NCBI RefSeq assembly: GCF_006345805.1
Contig: NW_021835329.1
Coordinates: forward strand, 1-40,786
Reading direction: 5' to 3'
Source of the DNA: Octopus sinensis
Lineage: Eukaryota
Length of the DNA stretch: 40,786 nt
The notes under the pieces were generated by a model. That model had not been told where the DNA came from. It made no database searches and worked only from the letters and a program-made list of their open reading frames with translations. The translations under genes and the position numbers were made by a program. This document shows, in pieces, positions 32,470-40,786 of this stretch (position 1 is its first letter; each line of letters begins with the position of its first letter).

Positions 32470-32748
32470 ATCGAAAGCCGGTGATTGTCGTACGCTTTTG
32501 ACGGGTCAGGACCCAGAAACTGCAGTCCGTGCGTATCACTTAGGTTGACCAGGGAAGGATGATTGCCCTTTGCAAATACCGATAGGGCACAGAAAGTGTG
32601 CCTATAGCCACCTGGAGGAGTTGTTTTCCTGGGGCTACAAGCTACAGTAACACCCACCCTTAGTGGTTAGCCATATTGAGATGGCAAATATACCTCACAT
32701 TGTCGTACAGTTACTGTTTAGACCTCGTTCAGAGATTTATTATTGCTT
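32470..32748 (+). mobile_element. Right part of the ORF-less PLE-type/retrozyme-like repeat, ending at (TA)n
   Basis: Contains the HHR-like fold at 32481-32539 and the 168-bp repeat copy; ends TTATTGCTT|ATATAT. Confidence 0.72.
32481..32539 (+). ncRNA. Hammerhead-like fold with mutated catalytic core (CUUUUGA instead of CUGANGA)
   Basis: GUGAU..CGUACG-CUUUUGA-C-GGGU(CAGG)ACCC-A-GAAA-CUGCAG-U-C-CGUGCG..AUCAC. All three helices and the GUC site are present; G5 and A6 are replaced by U. Confidence 0.65.
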
Positions 32749-32759
32749 ATATATATATA

Positions 32760-32799
<40 letters not shown>

Positions 32800-32804
32800 A
32801 TATA

Positions 32805-32849
<45 letters not shown>

Positions 32850-33012
32850 ATCTTGTATATATACGTATATATATATGTATATATATATTATATTAATTAG
32901 AGACAAAACCACTATTAGGCAAGTTCAAACAATGAAAACTTAAGCCAATACATATGATTAATTTATATTATTAAAATATATAGCAAAATTATTAAAAATA
33001 ATAATTAATATC

Positions 33013-33078
33013 ACATTACGATCGTTTCATGCCTGCTAACATCTTCAATTTTTTGAGTCGCAGTCATTCATCAGGTGG
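33013..33078 (-). ncRNA. Type I hammerhead ribozyme with long helix II
   Basis: CUGAUGA-[AUG a CUGC GAC UCAA aaaa UUGA agau GUU a GCAG g CAU]-GAAA-CGAUCG-U-A. Palindromic helix III ACGAUCGU, GUA site. Stem I is weak (C.A mismatch, then 2 bp). Confidence 0.78.
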
Positions 33079-34531
33079 TTTAAATATCTAAAATATAATC
33101 AATATTTTTAAGATATATATATATATAATATATAATTTTACTTATAATAAATTCTATTATTAATATATTATATCGAAATCGACTATAATGTTAAATATTA
33201 ACTTTAATTTATAAGGTAGAAAACCCATAATCTAATATCAATATTAGTCTATATCTAATTACATAAATATTAAAATGACTAATATATATAAATTATCAAT
33301 GAAAATATATATAATTATTATAATCAAGATCTAAAATAATCTCTATAAATAATTGTATATAATGAAAACCTAATAAATTTAATTTTTCATATTTAAAGAT
33401 GAAATAGCTAATTTCAAAATACAAATAAACTAACTCAAACTGACTTTCAAAATCCTATGTAAAATACTTATAGAAATATTCAATTCTTAGTAATATAGTA
33501 TTAAATAAATACTATAAGTACTATAAATATAATTATGAATGGGAATAATTATCTAATATAAATAATGCTATTAAATTAGACATGGCCTAGAGCAATCTTT
33601 AGTCGAAACATATCTAATTTTATCAAAGTTTATCTAATTTATTTAATATCTAATAACATAGAAAATTACGATAATTAGATCATTACATAAACAACAATAT
33701 TTACATAAGGAGAATATTATTACTCCAAAGGCTTATACAATATTAAAATTTACAATTTGAAAATCTTAAAAAGATACATACTTTTCTTGGCGAGGTTTAC
33801 ACGATGAACTAATTTTGAATCAAAAAACGTCTTATACAGCGTTTATAAGAATACTCATGGAATTACGTTATTAGCAAAAAAAAAAGAATAAATTGTTGGA
33901 GAATTCATTACGCGTGAGGAACCTACGTTTATTAAAGATTATGAATGGGAAATTATGTTTATCATTGTAAAAAGAATGAATTCACAAATAAAGAATAAAA
34001 TCTCTCTATACTATAATATTTATTAATAAAATAACTATGATAAATGAAACTTAATACAAAATAAATTAAATGATTAAAAACCACTTATTATTAATATATT
34101 CTAAAAATCTAATAAGATTAATAAATACATAAAAATTAATTTATATAGTAACCCCACTACATATTAAAACTTCTTTCCCATACCCTTATAATTATAAGCT
34201 AAAATTAGTGATCATAACAAATCTATATATACTAATCAAAGTTTTGTTGTATAACTATACATACGTATACATAAATATATAAGAAAATATCCATACATAT
34301 ACATATATATATACATATATACACATATACACATATACATACATATACATATACATACACGTATACACATACATACTCACATACATCCATATACATATAT
34401 ACACACATATATACACACACTTTCACCCATACACATATGCACACTCATACATACATGTACATACATACAATACTCAATATATACACTTACACCAATATAT
34501 ACACACCCACACACATACAAATAAATAAATG

Positions 34532-34581
<50 letters not shown>

Positions 34582-35109
34582 CATCAAATACACATATATA
34601 CAAACACACACATCCACATATATTATAAATAAATAGATATATAAATGTCTATAATCATACTACAATACATAATAGAGGTAAATATTAAGTTACATCTAAA
34701 AAATTAATCTACTAATCTATACTTCTATATTAAATAAAATGGATTAAGTAAACAACTAAATAAAACTATTCCAAATATAAAGAGATTACATACAAATAGA
34801 TTAATATAACAAAATTATAATTTAACGAAGTTATAATAGAAATATAACAAAATTTAACAAAATTTATAAAATAAATAAAATTATAACTTACCAGACTCAA
34901 TATTCAATAAACCATTAAATATTTATTATTTAGTCATAAAATATTTAGTAATAAAATGAAAAACCATCTATAATCTAACTATAATTAAAAACAGAACCTA
35001 AATAACTAAAATAAACTATTATAATGTGTACTACAAATCACCTGGTATATTTATAATACTATTACATAAAACAATAAATAGGGAGCTAATTACGGCTAAT
35101 AAATAATTA

Positions 35110-35700
35110 TTATTTATCAAGAAACTTATTATATAAGTAAAGTAACTTGTGTCTGCATTTTATTTTGCGCTCATCACAGATATTCAGTAAATTATCATGC
35201 TTATAAAATAAAATTTCCTTAAATAACAAAAATTCGCTCCTATAGTATATGATTTAGTTTTACTAATTATTTCCTAAGATAAATTATAATTAATATTTTG
35301 GGATTTAAGTCTCCAAATGTACTTGCTAAGTCCAGTGGAGTTAATTAAGTTTTTATTTTTAAATGAATTCAAATGTTGTGCGATTCTTAATTTTATTTTA
35401 GAGGAAGTGGACCCTATATATATCGCGTTTGAGTTATTATTATTCTTAATATTCTTATCATGTAATGTAACTATACATTTATACACTACATCATTAGTAT
35501 CACATTTATTATTTAATTTACATTTAGATTTATCTCTACATGTACAGTTAATTAGTGTCTTGTCTTTATTATTGGTATTATTAAATAATTTATTTTTATA
35601 AAAATTATTCAATTTGAATTTGTTAAAAGAAGAAATAATGTTACCTACACTATTAGTGGTGGAATAACCTACTCCAAAATTATTACTATATTTATAAAAA
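35110..35700 (-). pseudogene. PLE C-terminus: RT tail, Cys linker and GIY-YIG endonuclease
   Basis: NNFGVGYSTTNSVGNIISSFN, CTCRDKSKCKLNNKCDTNDVVYKC..IYIGSTSSK..TGLSKYIWRLK. The stop at 35274 is TAG at a conserved Trp; the reading continues EIISKTKSYTIG..KCRH. Confidence 0.85.
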
Positions 35701-35723
35701 TGTATATTGTATGTATGTATGTA

Positions 35724-35774
<51 letters not shown>

Positions 35775-35938
35775 ATATAATATATATATATATATTGTAT
35801 GTAGTATGTATGTATGTATGTATGTATGTATATATATATATATATGTATATATGTATTATATATGTATGTATATATATATCTTATATATAATATGTATGT
35901 ATATATATATATATATGTATATATATGTATATATATAT
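35700..35938. repeat. (TA)n/(TATG)n microsatellite
   Basis: Seen directly. Confidence 0.95.
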
Positions 35939-36010
35939 CCTTAAATCCTTAAAAATGTTTTAGCCCGAAGGCTGCGGCCATGCTGGAGCACCACCGCTGA
36001 ATGAGCTACA

Positions 36011-39000
36011 CTAATATGTGAATCCACCTCTGATACGTGGCACTTGATCAACAAGGGAGTTCGATGCTGCTGCCCGCATCTGTGTCTCCTGTCGTGAGGT
36101 AGATTCATGTGGGACCCCCAACAAGAAGAGATCCAGTTTAGTTTTAAAGAAACCCACATCCACACCATGTAAGTCTCTCAGGCATTTAGGGAGACTGTTA
36201 AAGAGCTGTGGTCCTCTGAAAACCCAAGCTGTTTGAGTATCTGGACCTGTATTTTGATGGTGATGTTGGAATCTTTGGCACCATGCAGTAGTGCCCTGTT
36301 CTGCGGTTGTGGTAACTTTGAATGCCAAAGTTTGGGACAAGACCCTCCAGGATTTTCCAGATGTATATCACCACATATCTCTCCTGCCTCCGCTCTAGGG
36401 AGAAGAGGTTTAATACTTTCAGTCTTTCCCAGTAGCTGATATTTTGCATTGAGACGAGCTTCTTAGTGTAGCTTCTTTGAATTGCTTCGAGTTCTGCTGT
36501 TAGTTTTATATTGTGTGGTGACCATAGTTGGGAGCAGTAGTCCAAGCGGCTGAGGACGAATGTTTTCCAGAGGACCATCAGTGTCTCCTTCTCTCTTGTT
36601 CTGAAAGTTCGGAGAATCCATCCAGCTAGCCGTCAGCATTTTATCACCAGATTAGTAATACGCACTTGGAAAGATGCATCATTGCTCATGTCAATGCCCA
36701 GGTCACGCACTGATTTTGACTCAGGGATTGCAATTCTTCCTGGGCCAGTGTATCCAGTCTGCACGTCGTTTACCTTTGTGTGCCGGTAGCGCAGGGCCTG
36801 GAACTTACCTGCATTAAACTGCATGTTGCTGTCCTCAGCCCACCTGTATTTTGTATCCAACTCCTGTTGCAGATGCGCAGTATTTTCAGGGTTTTGTATT
36901 GTGTGGGAGACTTTTGTGTCATCTGCATAGCTAGCAAGGGTGGCCATTGTAGCAACTGAAGGCATGTCTGAAAGGGCCACTATAAACAGAAGTGGCCCCA
37001 AGACAGTGTCCTGTGGAACACCGCTTGTTATTTGTGTTTCCCTAGAGGTGGCTCTATTGCTCACAACTACCTGTTTTCTGTCTTTTAGGAAGTTGTGCAG
37101 CCACTCTCCAAGTTTTCCGCCTATGCCGAGACCACGCAGTTTGTGACAGATCATACCGTAGTCGACTTTATCAAAGGCTTTTGCAAAGTCGAGATATATT
37201 ACATCCACATTTGAGCCGTTTAGTAGCTGTTTTAACACCCAGTCATAGTGTTGCAGGAGCTGTGTTAGGCAGCTTCTACCTGGTCGAAATCCATGCTGGG
37301 TGTCAGACAGCAAGTCATTTTCTTCAAGGAACATGATTAGGCGCAGGAGTGGCTGTGTGGTAAGTAGCTTGTTTACCAACCACATGGATCCGGGTTCAGT
37401 CCCACAGCGTGGCACCTTGGGTAACTGTCTTCTACTATAGACTCGGGCTGACCAAAGCTTTGTGAGTGGATTTGTTCGATGGAAACTGAAAGAAGCCCGT
37501 CGTATATATCTATATATATATGTGTGTGTGTGTGTTTGTGTGTTAGTGTTTGTCCCCCTAGCATTGCTTGACAACCGATGCTGGTGTGTTTATGTCCCCG
37601 TCACTTTGCAGTTCAGCAAAAGAAACCAATAGAATAAGTACTGGGCTTACAAAGAATAAAGTCCCGAGGTCGAGTTGCTCGATTAAAGGCGGTGCTCCAG
37701 CATGGCCGCAGTCAAATGACTGAAACAAGTAAAAAGGAAAAAGAGAGTTTCTTGCGGACTATTCGTTCCATGACTTTGCTGATGTGTGAGGTCAGAGAGA
37801 TAGGCCTATAATTTTTAGCATCTGCTCTGCTACATCCCTTATGGATAGGGCATATTACCCCCTCTTTCAATTTGACTGGGAGCTTACCACTTGTAAGAAA
37901 GCTCTGAAAAAGAAGCTGTAGCAGGGCTCGTTTGCACGATTTGAGAAGGATCGCTGGAAATCCATCAGATCTAGCAGTTGAGTTTGTGTCAATCTCATCT
38001 ATGACTAGTGTGATATCATCATCTTCAATGTTGATGTACTCAATTTTTGTCTCTTTGGCCGCAGGTAAAGTGGCAAAGAATTCTTTTGGGTTGTTTACTT
38101 GCCTGTGTCCTAGAGGTGTAGTGAACACACTTTGGAATTGTTCGTTCAGTATTTCACTTATCCTCGTCGGATTTCCTGTGAGAGAGCCATCTTTTTGGAA
38201 GAGAGTTCCTATTCTCTGGTGCACTGTGGATGTCTCTTTGGCAAACTTAAAGAAAGCTTTAGGGTTTGATTTTATATTTTCTATTACCCAAGCTTCTTTA
38301 TCTGCTCTCTCCTTTTCATAGGACTGATGCAGACTTTTCTCAATTTCCATTAGCATTCTTTCGAGCCGAGACTTCTCACCACTTTTGGTGGGCTTGCTCA
38401 GGCGGTTCGCAATCCTTGTCTGTTGTCTCATAAGAATCTTCCTTTCTCTAGGGATCCTGTTTTTGTTTTTGTGTGTGCTGGCCCTGCACACTTAGACATA
38501 TTTGTCACATATGGCTTGTATTATGGACATGAAGTGTTTGTGTTTCATGTTAATGTCCGGTGTAGAGAGACATTTAGGCCAACCCTGTTTGAGGATCTCT
38601 TTCTCAATCAACTTCCAGTTTGCTTTATGAAAGTTTAAGTTGGAGAGATGGTGGATGCTTCGTATAGGCTGTGTGTCTACGAGGGCTTTTGGTCCATACA
38701 TAGACAGCTCTATTATGTTGTGATCCGAGATCATTGTCGGCATCACTTTAACATTATGGATAATATACATATTGTTTATGAAGCAGAAATCCAGTATATT
38801 ATCTGCCCTTGTTGGTTGCAGAACTATTTGCTCTCTGAAAGAGGCATTTGTGAGATGGAGCAGGGACTCTGCCTGTGCCTGAGAGCATCTGCCCCCCAGG
38901 CCATTCCACATTGGGGAAGTTGATGTCACCCATGAAGAATACACTGTTGTGTTGTTCAAGGTTGGCGAGGATTTCTATTTTTGTTATGCAGTCTTCAAAC

Positions 39001-39103
39001 ATGCCTGAGTGATTTCGGGCATCTGGTGGGCGATATGTAGTGCATATGACGATATTCAGCTGTCCTATGTGTACAATTTGAGTGTCACCCACTGAGTTTG
39101 AAT
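36011..39103 (-). pseudogene. LINE-C ORF2 (partial APE plus RT)
   Basis: FMGDINFP, ILDFCF, ISDHNII, NYRPISLTSH, QHGFRPGRSC, YLDFAKAFD, GVPQDTVLGPLLF, YADD, LDYCSQLWSP. Confidence 0.93.
37340..37747 (+). mobile_element. tRNA-derived SINE (family 2) with internal (TA)n(TG)n and a LINE-derived tail
   Basis: GGCGCAGGAG start, A-box TGGCTGTGTGGT, B-box GGTTCAGTCCC, tail GGCGGTGCTCCAGCATGGCCGCAGTCAAATGACTGAAAC. Removing it restores KKL-IMFLEEN in LINE-C. Confidence 0.9.
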
Positions 39104-39570
39104 ATTATATTAAATTAGAGACAAAACCACTATTAGGCAAATCATAGTTTATTTTAGTTATTTAGGTTCTGTTTTTAATTATAGTTAGATTATAGATGGT
39201 TGTTCATTTTATTACTAAATATTTTATTACTAAATAATAAATATTTAATGGTTTATTGAATATTGAGTCTCGTAAGTTACAATTTTATTTATTTTATATA
39301 TTTTGTTATATTTCTATTATAATTTCGTTAAATTATAATTTTGTTATATTAATCTATTTGTATGTAATCTCTTTATATTTGAAATAGTTTTATTTAGTTG
39401 TTTATTTAATCCATTTTATTTATATAGAAGTATAGATTAGTAGATTAATTTTTAGATTTAACTTATATTTACCTCTATTTTGTATTGTAGTATGATTATA
39501 GACATTTATATATCTATTTATTTATAATATATGTGGATGTGTGTTGTTTTGTATATATGTGTATCTGATG

Positions 39571-39622
<52 letters not shown>

Positions 39623-40786
39623 TTATTTATATGTATGTGTGTGGGGTGTGTATATATTGGTGTAAGTGTATATAATGAGTATTGTATGTATGTACATATA
39701 TGTATGAGTGTGCATATGTGTATGGGTGAAAGTGTGTGTATATATGTGTGTATATATATGTATATGAATGTATGTGTGTATGTATGTGTATATGTGTATG
39801 TATATGTATATGCATGTATATGTGTATATGTGTATATATGTATATATATATGTATATGTATGGATATTTTCTTATATATTTATGTATACGTATGTATAGT
39901 TATACTACAAATTTTGATAAGTATTAATAGATTTGTTATGATCACTAATTTTAGCTTATAATTATAAGGGCATGGGAAAGAATTTATTGTATGTAGTGGG
40001 GTTACTATATAAATTAATTTTTATGTATTTATTAATCTTATAAGATTTTTAGAATATATTTAATAATTAGTGGTTTTTAATCATTTAAATCATTTAATTT
40101 ATTTTGTATTAAGTTTCATTTATCATAGTTATTTTATTAATAAATATTATAGTGTAGAGAGATTTTATTCTTTATTTGTGAATTCATTCATTTTACAATG
40201 ATAAACATATAATTTTCCATTCATAATCTTTAATAAACGTAGGTTCCTCACGCGTAATGAATTCTTCAACAATTTATTCTTTTTTTGCTAATAACGTAAT
40301 TCCATGAGTATTCTTATAAACGCTGTATAAGACGTTTTTTGATTCAAAATTTTAGTTCATTGTTTAAACCTCGCCAAGATAAGTATGTATGTTTTAAGAT
40401 CTTCAAATTGTAAATTTTAATATTGTATAAGCCTTTGGAGTAATAATATTCTCCTTATGTAAATATCGTTGTTTATGTAATGATCTAATTATCGTAATTT
40501 TCTATGTTATTAGATATTAAATTGAAGTTTATTCGTAAGATACTTTTTAGTGATAGATTTATTATTTGATAGCAAGCATACTAGGTGTATTAAGTTTGGC
40601 TTTGTATATACAGTTTTAATACATTAAATTGTATTTTTAAATTTATAATTAAATTAGATAACTTTGATAAAATTATATATGTTTCGACTAAAGATTGGTC
40701 TAGGCATGTCTAATTTAATAGCATAATTTAGTTATTTCTTTAAATTTATATAGATAATTATTCCCATTCATAATTATATTATAGTA
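39104..40786 (+). mobile_element. Inverted copy of the PLE copy 3 3' region, preceded by a 36-bp direct terminal repeat; runs off the window
   Basis: 39104-39140 matches 32887-32922 (direct). 39144-40786 is the reverse complement of 33519-35019, including the internal microsatellite; this copy has an extra ~110 bp near 40530-40640. Confidence 0.88.

Larger units (their letters stand above)
32887..35700 (-). mobile_element. Very AT-rich 5'-truncated Penelope-like element copy 3 with ~2.2-kb 3' UTR/pLTR
   Basis: GIY-YIG ORF at 35110-35700; HHR at 33013-33078; TA arrays at both ends. Confidence 0.82.
35939..39103 (-). mobile_element. 5'-truncated CR1-group LINE (LINE-C, relative of LINE-B), interrupted by a SINE
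   Basis: Starts inside APE (YSNSVGDTQ); RT pieces; 3' GGTGCTCCAGCATGGCCGCAGCCTTCGGGCTAAAAC then (TTTAAGGA)x2 tail. Confidence 0.9.

Noticed and set aside
33577-33615. ..CTAGAGCAATCTTTAGTCGAAACATAT, HHR-like GAAAC motif (also 40678-40712 inverted)
   Set aside because: No CUGANGA core or helix III in either copy.
1359-35700. Selenocysteine (UGA/SECIS) recoding as reported for some Naiad PLEs
   Set aside because: The two PLEs that retain RT have C-terminal rather than N-terminal GIY-YIG. The breaks I traced are frameshifts or TAG/TAA rather than UGA at Cys positions, and I recognised no SECIS.
1-40786. CRISPR arrays, rRNA, bona fide tRNA genes, telomeric repeats and host exons
   Set aside because: None seen. 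The repeats are TE-derived or microsatellites, and the tRNA-like A/B boxes belong to SINE heads.

Overview
This is AT-rich, microsatellite-saturated eukaryotic DNA. I can support no host-gene exon; almost everything is nested transposable-element debris, much of it inserted into or abutting (TA)n arrays. The SINE types and repeat style suggest a cephalopod such as Octopus (inference, not checked). Contents: (i) four ORF-bearing Penelope-like element (PLE) copies with GIY-YIG endonuclease, two of them also retaining RT, plus several ORF-less PLE-type terminal-repeat elements; (ii) seven hammerhead ribozymes (HHR) with intact or U4C-variant cores from five unrelated repeat families, all on the minus strand and all with (near-)palindromic helix III, plus one plus-strand HHR fold with a mutated core; (iii) three CR1-group LINEs, two of which keep an unusual ORF1 (Myb/SANT-like N-terminus plus CCCH zinc fingers, one also with a polyQ tract); (iv) a near-complete Tx1-clade LINE inserted into an HHR-bearing repeat; (v) three tRNA-derived SINEs and a SINE/LINE tail fragment; (vi) non-autonomous Helitrons of two families; (vii) two complementary halves of a piggyBac family. 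All protein ORFs are broken by stops or frameshifts. Best leads: the ~397-bp tandem retrozyme-like unit (4455-5178), the Tx1 insertion at an HHR-bearing repeat (26889-32748), the Myb-polyQ-CCCH LINE ORF1 (13145-14266), and the family-specific helix-III palindromes and strand bias of the ribozymes. All structures were paired by eye; no folding or database search was run.
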